From an uncultured Roseivirgaceae bacterium (GTDB taxonomy: Bacteria; Bacteroidota; Bacteroidia; Cytophagales; Cyclobacteriaceae): a stretch of DNA of 64,000 nt. Position numbers and translations under genes: made by a program. The DNA lies in NCBI GenBank assembly GCA_964351595.1, contig CAYGOT010000001.1, positions 85,847-149,846 on the forward strand, written 5' to 3'. This document shows, in pieces, positions 36,213-45,886 of the stretch. The notes beneath the pieces were generated by a model that saw nothing but the letters and a program-made list of their open reading frames with translations, was not told where the DNA came from and ran no database searches. Numbering within the stretch: position 1 is the first letter of the stretch; the number at the start of each line of letters is the position of its first letter.

Positions 36213-36992
36213 ATGAGCTTACCGAGTACTAATAGTCCCTGCAATATCGTAGTAGTAGGATACCCTAAAAGTGGAACGACCTGGGTTTGCAGGCTGATTT
36301 CAGACGTACTCCAATGCCCATTTAATGGGAATTGGGGATTCGAAAACACAACAGATTATTACTTAGTAGAAGGTAAAGATCGGATGACGAACTTCGTTTG
36401 CTACAAATCCCATCACACCTACAAAAGGTTGTTTGATTGCTGGAGCATACAGCCCGATAAAATCATCTATCTCGTCCGTGACCCGCGCGACATTGTCGTT
36501 TCAGGCACCTACTTTTTTGATTCTTTTTTCAGGGTAAAAACGGGTTTGAGTAAACCGAAAAAGTATCTGCTGAAAACCAGCTTCGGAAAGAAATATTTGC
36601 AATACCGCATGACACAAGTGGTCTTGTATGGCAATGCCAAAATCGATAAATGGCTTGAGGATCCGTGGCTCGATCACTTTGATGATTACAGATCGCGCCC
36701 AGATGTGTTTGTAGTGAAGTATGAAGATTTTTTAGCTGACAGCTTATGTACTCTAAAGATCGTTCTCCAGTTTTTGGGGGCCGAGATAGATGATTCAAGA
36801 GTTCTTAGGTCAATTGACAGGCAGTCTTTCGAGAAGAGAAGGGAGTTAGCGAGGAAAACTGAGAACAAGGTCGACCTCAGGCTGCTGCGATCTGGAAAAA
36901 TGGGCGAGTGGCGCAAAGAGTTGAATCAGGACTTAGTTGCAAAAATCGAAAGGGAAATTGGTGAGGCTTTAAGAGCGAACAACTACTCCTGA
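36213..36992 (+). CDS. PAPS-dependent sulfotransferase (Sulfotransfer_1-type)
   Basis: 259 aa. The 5'-PSB loop is GYPKSGTTWVCRLI and the 3'-PB block is IIYLVRDPRDIVVSGTYF. RSGKMGEWRKEL follows later. It starts 1 nt after the flippase stop. Confidence 0.85.
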   Translation: MSLPSTNSPCNIVVVGYPKSGTTWVCRLISDVLQCPFNGNWGFENTTDYYLVEGKDRMTNFVCYKSHHTYKRLFDCWSIQPDKIIYLVRDPRDIVVSGTYFFDSFFRVKTGLSKPKKYLLKTSFGKKYLQYRMTQVVLYGNAKIDKWLEDPWLDHFDDYRSRPDVFVVKYEDFLADSLCTLKIVLQFLGAEIDDSRVLRSIDRQSFEKRRELARKTENKVDLRLLRSGKMGEWRKELNQDLVAKIEREIGEALRANNYS

Positions 36993-37726
36993 TATCGTTT
37001 TATTAGCACAATTCTATTTTTATGGAGCCAATGCTCAAGTGTCACTTTCAACACTCCAAGGCCATATAGTAAGCTTCTGCTGAAGTTGATGGATGAAGAA
37101 TGCTCCATGTATTTTGTGGGACATGTTATCTCAGCAATCACATGTCCTTTCATAATGATTTGGGAAAGTATTTGATTGTCAAATATGAAATCATCCGAGT
37201 TTGCCTCTATATTGATTTGCCTTATCACGTTGGCATCAAATGCCCTATACCCGGTGTGATATTCGGACATTTTTGCGTTTGTGACGAGGTTTTGGACGAA
37301 AGTCAAGAACCTGTTTGCCCAATACTTGTAGACGGGCATTCCTCCTTTTATTGCTCCATTACCCAGTATTCTGGAGCCGAGAACCACAGGAAAAATGTCC
37401 TGTGCGATTAGATAGGCCATACTGGGAATGAGGCTTGGTGCATATTGATAATCGGGGTGGAGCATTATGATTATATCGGCATTATGTTCCAGACTTTTCC
37501 GATAGCATGTCTTTTGATTTCCTCCATACCCGAGGTTTTTTTCATGAAGTATAATATGGGTTATACCCAATTCTTTTGCAACCGCTATCGTGTTATCCTG
37601 ACTTCCATCATCGACCAATATAACTTCATCTACTATGTCCATTGGTATTTCCAAGTAGGTTTGTCTCAAGGTTTTGCCGGCATTGTATGCAGGCAAAACA
37701 ACTATGATTTTCTTACCTAATAGCAT
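36983..37726 (-). CDS. Family 2 glycosyltransferase, polyprenol-phosphate sugar synthase-like (Dpm1/GtrB/ArnC-type)
   Basis: 247 aa. It has IIVVLPAYNAGKTL...EVILVDDGSQDNT and IIIMLHPDYQYAP (D-x-D-equivalent). Confidence 0.8.
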   Translation of the reverse strand: MLLGKKIIVVLPAYNAGKTLRQTYLEIPMDIVDEVILVDDGSQDNTIAVAKELGITHIILHEKNLGYGGNQKTCYRKSLEHNADIIIMLHPDYQYAPSLIPSMAYLIAQDIFPVVLGSRILGNGAIKGGMPVYKYWANRFLTFVQNLVTNAKMSEYHTGYRAFDANVIRQINIEANSDDFIFDNQILSQIIMKGHVIAEITCPTKYMEHSSSINFSRSLLYGLGVLKVTLEHWLHKNRIVLIKRYQE

Positions 37727-37808
37727 CTCAGGTTGTCAATTTGCTTAGTCCGTAATTTCAATTAAAATGAAGACAATCAGTAAAATTATTGGGCCTACCT
37801 TAGTGTAA

Positions 37809-38891
37809 ATGATCCATGCTGTAAAAAAGTTAAATCACAGAATTTACCCTAAGAAACTATTCTATGGAATAAAATGGGTAGTGCTGGGAGTGAATAATAT
37901 TTGCAACCTGCATTGCAAAATGTGTGACGTGGGATTGAAGGTAAATGATACCAATTTTGCTGTTAACCTTACCGGCACCAAACCAATCAACATGCCGCTT
38001 GAATTGGTCAAAAGAGTCATTGATCAAACTTATAAATATTATCCAAAGGCAAAGCTCGGATATGCCTTTACAGAGCCATTGATATACCCTCATCTAATCG
38101 AGTCACTTCAGTATGCCAATGAGAAGAACCTTTTTACCACTATCACAACCAATGCGCTCAACCTGGAGCACAAAGCTGCTGATTTGGTACAAGCAGGGTT
38201 GAACGAAATATACATATCGCTTGATGGACCGGAGGAAATTCACAATAGCATTAGAGGTCATAAAAGCTCTTATTCGAGGGCAATAAGTGGGATTGAGGCC
38301 CTACTGGAAACAAAGAATCCTCCAGGTACTTCCATTTTTTGTGTCATTACAGAATGGAATATTGGACACTTAAAACGATTTGTTGAGGATGTCAGGCATT
38401 TACCACTTAAGGAAGTTGGCTTCATGCATACCAACTTCACCACCAAGGCGATGGCCGAGACTCACAATCAGTTGCTTCTGGGCGAGTATCCAGCTACTGT
38501 TTCCAATATGGATGAAATAGATTTCACCAAGATGGATCTGGAAGTATTACATCAAGAGATTGAGGAAATTACCCACACTGACTACCCCTTCGAGACGACA
38601 TTTTCACCAGAAATTCATTCAAGAGCCCAGCTGGATAAATTCTATAATAGACCGGATATAAGTTTCGGCCGGAGGTGCAATGACGTATTCAACAACCTGA
38701 TGATCAAGTCAGACGGTTCAGTGATTCCGGCTCATGGAAGGTGCTACAACCTTGCCATTGGAAATGTATACGATGAAAGCTTAAAAGATATATGGAATTC
38801 CAAGGTTGTCGCCAACTTTAGGGTTACGCTTAACAAGCATGGTGGATTGCTTCCTGCTTGCCTAAGATGTTGTAGTGCATTTTCATCATGA
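37809..38891 (+). CDS. Radical SAM protein with a C-terminal SPASM/twitch-like Cys cluster
   Basis: 360 aa. The 4Fe-4S motif is CNLHCKMC, followed by FTEPLIYP and TTNA. The C-terminal Cys residues lie in RRCNDVF...DGSVIPAHGRCYN...PACLRCCSAF. Confidence 0.8.
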   Translation: MIHAVKKLNHRIYPKKLFYGIKWVVLGVNNICNLHCKMCDVGLKVNDTNFAVNLTGTKPINMPLELVKRVIDQTYKYYPKAKLGYAFTEPLIYPHLIESLQYANEKNLFTTITTNALNLEHKAADLVQAGLNEIYISLDGPEEIHNSIRGHKSSYSRAISGIEALLETKNPPGTSIFCVITEWNIGHLKRFVEDVRHLPLKEVGFMHTNFTTKAMAETHNQLLLGEYPATVSNMDEIDFTKMDLEVLHQEIEEITHTDYPFETTFSPEIHSRAQLDKFYNRPDISFGRRCNDVFNNLMIKSDGSVIPAHGRCYNLAIGNVYDESLKDIWNSKVVANFRVTLNKHGGLLPACLRCCSAFSS

Positions 38892-40408
38892 ACAAAGTCT
38901 TATTATTCAATCCTTTTGCCGCTAAGAATGGCTATCGCATTCCAAATTCGATACTACAAGTAGCTGCTTCTATCAAAGGCAAATACGAGTTCGTATTTGT
39001 TGACGGTAACCGAGAAACCGATCCGTGGAAGAAGATCAAGACTCACCTGGATACCGGTGAGTTCAAGTTTTTTGGATGTACTGTGATGCCCGGCCCCCAA
39101 CTAAAACAAGCCATTCCCTTCACAAAGAGGATAAAAGAGCAATATCCAAATATCATTAATGTATGGGGTGGTTATTTTGCGTCCAATCAATATGAATCGT
39201 CTCTGAAATCTGGGTTTGTTGATTTTATTATCAATGGACAAGGGGACTATGCTTTTCCACTTCTCCTCGAAATGATAGTCAGGGGACAAGGTGACTTTAA
39301 TGCCATCAGCAACCTCATTTTTCTTGAAGGTGATCAAGTCGTAAAGACAAAAAAAGAGTTTGTTGGGGATCAGGACGGACTCCCCGACTTACCCTACGAG
39401 GAGCTTCATAGAGATTACCCTTTAAAAGGTTATCTCAAAAAGACCTTCCTAGGAAGTAGGACCGCAGCTTATCACGCTAGTTTTGGATGCCCATTCACTT
39501 GTTCATTTTGCGCGGTAGTGCCCATCTACAATGCCCGATGGAAAAGCAAGTCAGCAGAGCGTATCTACCGGGATATTAAATATTTAATTGAGGAACATGG
39601 GGCAGATGCAGTGGAATTTCATGACAACAACTTTTTTGTCAATGAAAAAATGGTCGTGGAGTTTTCCAGATTGGTCAAAAAGCACAACATAAAATGGTGG
39701 GGAGAAGGTAGAATTGATACTATCAATAAGTACAAGGATGAGTCGCTTGAAATCATGCGTGATGCGGGCTGCAAGATGATTTTCTTTGGGGCAGAGAGCA
39801 GCAACGATGAGATTTTAGAACAGATGGACAAAGGTGGCACCCAAACAGTCCAACAGATCAAGGATTTTGCAGATAGGATGAGAAGATTTGATATCATCCC
39901 GGAGTACTCCTTTGTACTCGGTATACCGCAGGCAACAGAACGTCAAGTTAGCGAACAGATCACCAGAGATATCGCTTTTATTAAGGAGATTAAGGTCATC
40001 AATCCTGACACTGAAATTATCATTTACCTTTACAGTCCGGTTCCCACCGAAGGATCAGAATTGTACAGCACTGTCAAAAAAGCTGGTTTTTCGTTTCCGG
40101 AAAAACTTGAAGACTGGCTCAGTCCCGACTGGGAAAACTTCGACCTGAGGAGAAATCCGCTAACACCGTGGCTGAAGCCCTATATGGTGGATCAAATTCA
40201 AGGTTTTGAGACTGTCCTAAATGGGTATTTCCCAACATGTTCGGACTATAAGCTTAGTGGTTTTCAGAGGAGGGCTATGAAGGTGGCCTCTTTTATTCGG
40301 TATAGGTTTGACCTTTACAGATGGCCCTATGAGCTCAAGTTCCTTCAAAAATATTGGCTCAAATACAGAAGGCCGGAGACAGAAGGTTTTGTAATGGAAG
40401 AGACATGA
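38888..40408 (+). CDS. B12-binding-domain radical SAM protein (class B-type), copy A
   Basis: 506 aa. It has an N-terminal Rossmann-like B12-binding region (VLLFNP...FFGCTVMPGPQL...INVWGGYFAS) and the CxxxCxxC motif GCPFTCSFC. It overlaps the upstream gene by 4 nt. Confidence 0.8.
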   Translation: MNKVLLFNPFAAKNGYRIPNSILQVAASIKGKYEFVFVDGNRETDPWKKIKTHLDTGEFKFFGCTVMPGPQLKQAIPFTKRIKEQYPNIINVWGGYFASNQYESSLKSGFVDFIINGQGDYAFPLLLEMIVRGQGDFNAISNLIFLEGDQVVKTKKEFVGDQDGLPDLPYEELHRDYPLKGYLKKTFLGSRTAAYHASFGCPFTCSFCAVVPIYNARWKSKSAERIYRDIKYLIEEHGADAVEFHDNNFFVNEKMVVEFSRLVKKHNIKWWGEGRIDTINKYKDESLEIMRDAGCKMIFFGAESSNDEILEQMDKGGTQTVQQIKDFADRMRRFDIIPEYSFVLGIPQATERQVSEQITRDIAFIKEIKVINPDTEIIIYLYSPVPTEGSELYSTVKKAGFSFPEKLEDWLSPDWENFDLRRNPLTPWLKPYMVDQIQGFETVLNGYFPTCSDYKLSGFQRRAMKVASFIRYRFDLYRWPYELKFLQKYWLKYRRPETEGFVMEET

Positions 40409-41079
40409 TTTCATTACTCCAAAGAAGAGGCCTGAAGGTCTTTCATCCGATCTTGAGAAGAGCGGTCAAGATTTACTTGAAAAGTCCTAGAACCTATGTG
40501 CACAGGAAAATTAGGATAACAGTTATGCCAGGTGTTTTTCATCCGGGATTGTTTTTTAGCACCCGGGTTTTGATTGAGTTTTTGGAAGGTTTGGACCTGA
40601 GAAACAAAAGACTTCTTGAATTGGGTGCGGGATCAGGGCTCATCTCCATTTTTTGTGCTCAGGAAAAGGGGGCCACCGTTACCGCTTCGGACATTAATCC
40701 GGTGGCACTCAAATCACTGGAAGTGAACGCTAAAGTGAATAATGTTTCTATAAACATTTTGGAATCAGACCTCTTTGATCGCCTTAGAGTTGATGATTTC
40801 GATTTCATTATTATCAATCCCCCATACTATCCAAAGGAGCCGACTAACCTTGAAGAGCATGCCTGGTTTTGTGGCGAGGAGTTTGACTATTTCAAAAAGC
40901 TCTTTATTCATCTCAGGCTCTCAGACCTTAGCAGAATAATGGTATACATGATACTTTCGGAGGACTGTAAGATTGATACTATCGAATCCTTGGCTAAAGA
41001 AAAAGATTTACGGATGGATGTGGTCTATCAAAAGGTCATGTCAGGTGAAGTAAACTATGTTTTTAGAATAAGCTCTTGA
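40405..41079 (+). CDS. Class I SAM methyltransferase with an NPPY motif (small-domain N-methyltransferase type, PrmC/RsmC-like)
   Basis: The track ORF 40354..41079 is trimmed to the ATG at 40405, which overlaps the upstream TGA (ATGA). Motif I is LELGAGSGLISIF and motif IV is FIIINPPYYP. Confidence 0.7.
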   Translation: MISLLQRRGLKVFHPILRRAVKIYLKSPRTYVHRKIRITVMPGVFHPGLFFSTRVLIEFLEGLDLRNKRLLELGAGSGLISIFCAQEKGATVTASDINPVALKSLEVNAKVNNVSINILESDLFDRLRVDDFDFIIINPPYYPKEPTNLEEHAWFCGEEFDYFKKLFIHLRLSDLSRIMVYMILSEDCKIDTIESLAKEKDLRMDVVYQKVMSGEVNYVFRISS

Positions 41080-41086
41080 TGATCAT

Positions 41087-42271
41087 CTAAAAAACGAAAA
41101 AGTTAGGCTCATGCATAGATAATTCTCGGGCTGATTCCGGGACCTCTATTGTAGCATACGGCGCTAGATGGTCAATATCCTTTCTGTGATATACGTTTTT
41201 GATATTGTATTCAAGCTGCGTGTGAGTAGGGATACCCTCCAGGATATCAGCCGCTTCATCTACATCCATATTCCATTCTTGTGCTATTCGTTCTAAGGAC
41301 GGCTCCATAAAGTCAATGTATAGGTACTCAAGGAATCGATGATCCTGAAGGTTTGAAAAATTCACCTCACTTTTCAATGTATCTCTATAGTGGGCCAGAT
41401 ATTGATTTTGTACATTCAGTATTTCCATAAATTGTTGCTTGCTTAAGTAGTCCGCTCCGATAAGCACCGGGTTGTTGGTAAAAAATGGCTGAATGTTAGT
41501 TTCATGGCACCAAAGGCATTTGCTCGGCTTACCGGCTTGCGTAATTGAGGGATCAGCCGCAGCTTTTAAATATCCGGCTTTATCATATATACCAAACCGC
41601 AGTTGTCCATTAGACATAAAATCGAATACTTCGAATTCTTCGGCGAGAAAGGTGCCTTCCTCGAAAGAACCACTCCCTTCTGTTGCCAGATAAGCAATTT
41701 CTTCGACCTTATCCGCATCCGCAATCTCGATGAGTCTGTCGATGTTCGAAACCCCTGAGTTGATGACCCTCATCTTGCTATTTCCGAATTTATGCTTAGA
41801 TCGAAAATCCATCAATGTCTCTGGTGCTCCGGTGATCTTGTAATAATGGTAGGAGCTATTGAGTGTGAGCATAATGAAGCGACCCATTTCGATGTAGTTG
41901 TGCATTGCATAAGCCTGACTTTGCTTTAGCGCCGCAATCACCGTTCCCAGGGCTTGTATAGCTTCGTCATTAAATCCAGCTTTAGACAAGTCCACTTCAT
42001 ATACATTTGAACCTATCCCTGTCATCATAAGCCGATCGAGTGAGCCGCTAGGTAGTTCTGCGCCTAAGGATGACAAAGCCCAGGCAAATCCGGTTTTGAC
42101 TTCATCTTCAGATTGATTGAAACCTCCAATGAAAAATTTGAGATTGATGCTGGTCTCCGGAATCACGGGACTGACTAATTCGTTTGAGTGATTCGTACAG
42201 GCATTTACGAGAATCACTAGTATTCCGAATAAGCAATAACCCTTTATAAGTTTACTAGCCATAATAGTCAA
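41087..42271 (-). CDS. Lipoprotein of unknown function with a single CxxCH motif
   Basis: 394 aa. It has a lipobox LVNAC and the motif KPSKCLWCHETN. It is the last gene of the minus-strand radical-SAM operon and overlaps the upstream gene by 4 nt. Confidence 0.5.
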   Translation of the reverse strand: MTIMASKLIKGYCLFGILVILVNACTNHSNELVSPVIPETSINLKFFIGGFNQSEDEVKTGFAWALSSLGAELPSGSLDRLMMTGIGSNVYEVDLSKAGFNDEAIQALGTVIAALKQSQAYAMHNYIEMGRFIMLTLNSSYHYYKITGAPETLMDFRSKHKFGNSKMRVINSGVSNIDRLIEIADADKVEEIAYLATEGSGSFEEGTFLAEEFEVFDFMSNGQLRFGIYDKAGYLKAAADPSITQAGKPSKCLWCHETNIQPFFTNNPVLIGADYLSKQQFMEILNVQNQYLAHYRDTLKSEVNFSNLQDHRFLEYLYIDFMEPSLERIAQEWNMDVDEAADILEGIPTHTQLEYNIKNVYHRKDIDHLAPYATIEVPESARELSMHEPNFFVF

Positions 42272-43656
42272 TTAGCACTTGGGCTCGACTTATAGAGTCT
42301 CATGATGAACCTTGAGAGGAATATCTTAAGCAGTAATTTGACCCTCTGCCAATCATAGGTATCGTGTTTATACAGGCTGATTTCTGAAGAAATCAATCGT
42401 ATAGCATGTTTGTAAAATGCTTTTGGAAATGTTCGGCGAAAATCAATGTCCCTGTCGGTACTTGCGTTCCATTCCGGCTCCTCAGTGATCTTATCAGCAA
42501 TTTCATTATAAAGTGAAGTCCCTTTGATTGGGTAAGCGGTCGTAACCGTGTAATGATCAGGATTGGACTGTTTTAGATGATGGATTGTTTCCAAAATATC
42601 CTCTTCGGTTTCGCCGGGGTAGCCTACCATAATAAATGTTCCCGTTTCTAAGCCTGCTTTTTTGCCTTCGACAATCATACTTCTTACTTGATCCACGGAT
42701 ACCCGGCGATCCATTTTATCAATGACGGCCTGAGACCCACTTTCTGCTCCTATCCATACCCGAAAACATCCAGCTTTTTTGAGTTGGGCGATCACATGCG
42801 CATTGAGTCTATCTGCCCTTGTGATGCACTCAAATTTTATCTTGACTTTTCTAGCTTCTAATTCTTCAACAAAAGCATCCAGCCACTTATGACTAACGTT
42901 GAATACATCGTCAACAAACCAGTAGGTATCCGGATTGTATTTCTCTTGTAACCAGACGAGTTCATCTACCACCTTTTCAGGTCGTCTTCTGCGGTAGCTT
43001 TGACCATACACGGCAGTACTACACCACTTGCAGGTATATGGACAGCCACGTTGAGTGCTTATGTTGAGTGCGCTTTCACCATGGTGCGCTTTCCAGACAG
43101 ACATGTATTGAGTGATATTGATCGCCTCTCTATTCGGCATAGGTAGTTCATCAATGGACTTTATCTTTTGACGCATTCGGGTAGTGATTTCTACACCATT
43201 TTCGTCCCTGTAGGCAATGCCATCTACCGTTGAAAGGTCCTTTGATGGATCCCCAAGGCAATAGACCAACTCCAACATGGTTTGCTCCCCCTCCCCAATC
43301 ACTAAGATGTCAGCGCCATACTTCAGATAGTTAGTGACATTGTAGGTGACGTCCGGTCCTCCTAAGACAATTTTCACATTGGGAAGGAGTGTCCTGGAGG
43401 ATTCAATGAGTTGGAGAACGCTAAGCTTGGTCATCAAATTGGTATAGATCGCCAGTATGTCAGGCTGTTCCTCTCTTATACTGGCGATGAGCTGTTCGTA
43501 TGAAGAAAATGTGCTGTCAAACACATGGTTATCAACCTTATTTTCATTGAGGTAGGCTGAAATATATAGTAACCCCAGAGGGGGATAGGGCTTCATTATT
43601 TTCTTCTCCCTTGGGTCGCTATTCAGAAAATAGCCATGCGTGAGAAAAACCTTCAT
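42268..43656 (-). CDS. B12-binding-domain radical SAM protein, copy B
   Basis: 462 aa. It has PYPPLGLLYISAYL, VLGGPDVTY, GEGEQTMLEL and the CxxxCxxC motif GCPYTCKWC. It is a paralog of 44435..45886. Confidence 0.8.
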   Translation of the reverse strand: MKVFLTHGYFLNSDPREKKIMKPYPPLGLLYISAYLNENKVDNHVFDSTFSSYEQLIASIREEQPDILAIYTNLMTKLSVLQLIESSRTLLPNVKIVLGGPDVTYNVTNYLKYGADILVIGEGEQTMLELVYCLGDPSKDLSTVDGIAYRDENGVEITTRMRQKIKSIDELPMPNREAINITQYMSVWKAHHGESALNISTQRGCPYTCKWCSTAVYGQSYRRRRPEKVVDELVWLQEKYNPDTYWFVDDVFNVSHKWLDAFVEELEARKVKIKFECITRADRLNAHVIAQLKKAGCFRVWIGAESGSQAVIDKMDRRVSVDQVRSMIVEGKKAGLETGTFIMVGYPGETEEDILETIHHLKQSNPDHYTVTTAYPIKGTSLYNEIADKITEEPEWNASTDRDIDFRRTFPKAFYKHAIRLISSEISLYKHDTYDWQRVKLLLKIFLSRFIMRLYKSSPSAN

Positions 43657-44435
43657 TTCAGCTGATATTGGATAAAAAAATGATCAGAAAACCTGGCCTG
43701 CCAGGCAAATCTGGCAAAGTGCTTTTCAAGGTATCCCAATAATTTTAAAAAGATCGGATGCCTGCAAAAGAATGATTCCAGATAGGAAGGCGGCACGAAA
43801 AAACCTACTGGCTTCAGCATCATTTCTCGGTAGGACGATCCCAATGCCCTGCTGAATTGCTTAGGGGAGTAATACCATGTTTTTACAGGTTGCCCTGAGA
43901 CATTGGCTATGGCCACCCCTCTGCTCCTTCTCAATGCCTGTGCTATTTTCCCTTTAAATGATAGGTAGATGAATTCCCAGACACAAAACTTCGGCATTAC
44001 TACGGCAATGAAAGAACCATTAGGTTTCAAAATTTTAGCAACAGACTCGCCGAGTTTGGAGAGTGAATGATGGTCTATACAGTTGACTCCTCCGAAATTG
44101 GAGAAAACCAGGTCAAAGTCATCACCCAGGGCCTCTGTGTCAATGTTGGTAAGGTCTATTTGCAGAAAGTCTATGCTCATCTCAGAGGCCTTACCCCGAG
44201 CTATACCGAGCATATTTGACGAAACGTCCGAGGCTACCACTTTGTGACCCTTTTTGGCGAGCATCAGGGCATCTTCACCTGTGCCACAGTTGAGTTCTAA
44301 TATTTTCAGTTCTTTACGATTGTTCAAGGCTTGATCAATGTATTGCCAGGTTTTACCCCGCTGTAGTGTACCAATGTTGGAGAGGGTAAACTGCCGATCA
44401 TAAGTACTTGCGGCGATATCAAAATCAGCACCCAT
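43653..44435 (-). CDS. Class I SAM-dependent methyltransferase
   Basis: 260 aa. It has ILELNCGTGEDALMLAKKGHKVVASDVSSNML (motif I plus an acidic loop) and DLVFSNFGGVNC. Confidence 0.75.
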   Translation of the reverse strand: MGADFDIAASTYDRQFTLSNIGTLQRGKTWQYIDQALNNRKELKILELNCGTGEDALMLAKKGHKVVASDVSSNMLGIARGKASEMSIDFLQIDLTNIDTEALGDDFDLVFSNFGGVNCIDHHSLSKLGESVAKILKPNGSFIAVVMPKFCVWEFIYLSFKGKIAQALRRSRGVAIANVSGQPVKTWYYSPKQFSRALGSSYREMMLKPVGFFVPPSYLESFFCRHPIFLKLLGYLEKHFARFAWQARFSDHFFIQYQLK

Positions 44436-45886
44436 TATTTAGCTTGGGCTAATTTCTTGAGTTGAAAGTTGCTCAACAAAGTAAGTGGGATGTGAAGACC
44501 AAGAGAGAATATGTCCTTTATATTTTTTGCGGTAGCCGACTTAGGCTTAGTAATCAAGTTTTTCATTAGAAGAAGGCCCCTCTTGATCCGGTACCTGTGG
44601 TATAGATGGCGATGTAGCTTCTTGTAAAAAGCAGACGGAAAAGTATTTTGAAACATCAGGTCAAGGTCATCTGAATCCGTCCAGTTGGCCTTATTCTCAA
44701 GGTCTTTTTTCACAACATCGTAAAATTTGGTGCCTGGCAATGGATACGATACTGAAACACCTAGTTTGTCCGGCATCATTCTGAGTACCAAATCGATGGT
44801 TTTTTGGATGTCTGACATTGTTTCACCCAGATAGCCAAACTGAATGAAAAAGGCGACTTTGACGCCCTTGGCTTTCAGAAGCTCAGTAGACTTCTCGATC
44901 TGCTCAATAGTCGTTCCCTTCTCCATGTCGTCAAGTACTCTTTGGGAGCCTGATTCTGCTCCAATCCAGACCTCATCAAGTCCAGATTCGACTAGCGCGA
45001 TGATATTATCTTCCTTCAGGAGTAGATCAGCTCTCGACTGAATTTTATACCAAATCTTAAGATCCCTCTTTTTAAGTTCCTCTTTGAACTTTTGCACCCA
45101 GCCAGGCTTCAGCCCGAATATGTCGTCACACATCCAAAAGTGGTCTACCCCATGTTTTTCGGCGTGGAACTGAATTTCGTCTACTACTTTTTCTGGTGAC
45201 CTTGAATTGTACCTATTTCCATAAATCGGTTTTGCACACCAGTTGCACTTGTAGGGACATCCCCGCGTAGTAGCAATATTAAGGTGAAAAGCACCCTTCC
45301 ATAGTTTTCTATATGCCTCGACATCAACCAGGTCCCAAGCTGCCTGCGGAAGGGCATCCAGTTGGGTATTGACACCTCGAGGAGATGAGGTTTTTACCTC
45401 GCCTTCACGCATGAAGCAGACTCCAGGAATGTGCTGTCCATTACCGCCAGAGTCAAGATTTTCGATTAGCTCCTTCAGCGTTAGTTCCCCTTCGCCTTTG
45501 AGCACAAAGTCAGCACCATTTTGCAAATACTTTTGACTATGGTCAGTAGCATCAGAACTACAAGTAATAGTAGTTGCACCTATTTTTTTTGCTAGCCGCT
45601 GCATTTCAAAAGCTGACTCCCTCATTGTGGTAAGGCACATTTTAGTTAAATAATTGAAGCCATCATCAAAAATCACAAAATATGATGGCTCAAAATCCAC
45701 TAGTCGGCTCTCTAGCTCAGTAGCAGATTTTTTTAGGCCAACGTCAAACAGTTGGACTTCATATCCCTCATGGCGCATCAAAGAGGCCGCAGTGATAGTC
45801 ATCAGCGGAGGGTAAGGTTGTCTTATCTTCCATTGCTTTGGGTCTAGCCTATAAAAGTAAGAATGACTAAATAAGATCCTTCTCAT
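44435..45886 (-). CDS. B12-binding-domain radical SAM protein, copy C
   Basis: 483 aa. It has PYPPLMTITAASL, GEGELTLKEL and the CxxxCxxC motif GCPYKCNWC. Confidence 0.8.
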   Translation of the reverse strand: MRRILFSHSYFYRLDPKQWKIRQPYPPLMTITAASLMRHEGYEVQLFDVGLKKSATELESRLVDFEPSYFVIFDDGFNYLTKMCLTTMRESAFEMQRLAKKIGATTITCSSDATDHSQKYLQNGADFVLKGEGELTLKELIENLDSGGNGQHIPGVCFMREGEVKTSSPRGVNTQLDALPQAAWDLVDVEAYRKLWKGAFHLNIATTRGCPYKCNWCAKPIYGNRYNSRSPEKVVDEIQFHAEKHGVDHFWMCDDIFGLKPGWVQKFKEELKKRDLKIWYKIQSRADLLLKEDNIIALVESGLDEVWIGAESGSQRVLDDMEKGTTIEQIEKSTELLKAKGVKVAFFIQFGYLGETMSDIQKTIDLVLRMMPDKLGVSVSYPLPGTKFYDVVKKDLENKANWTDSDDLDLMFQNTFPSAFYKKLHRHLYHRYRIKRGLLLMKNLITKPKSATAKNIKDIFSLGLHIPLTLLSNFQLKKLAQAK

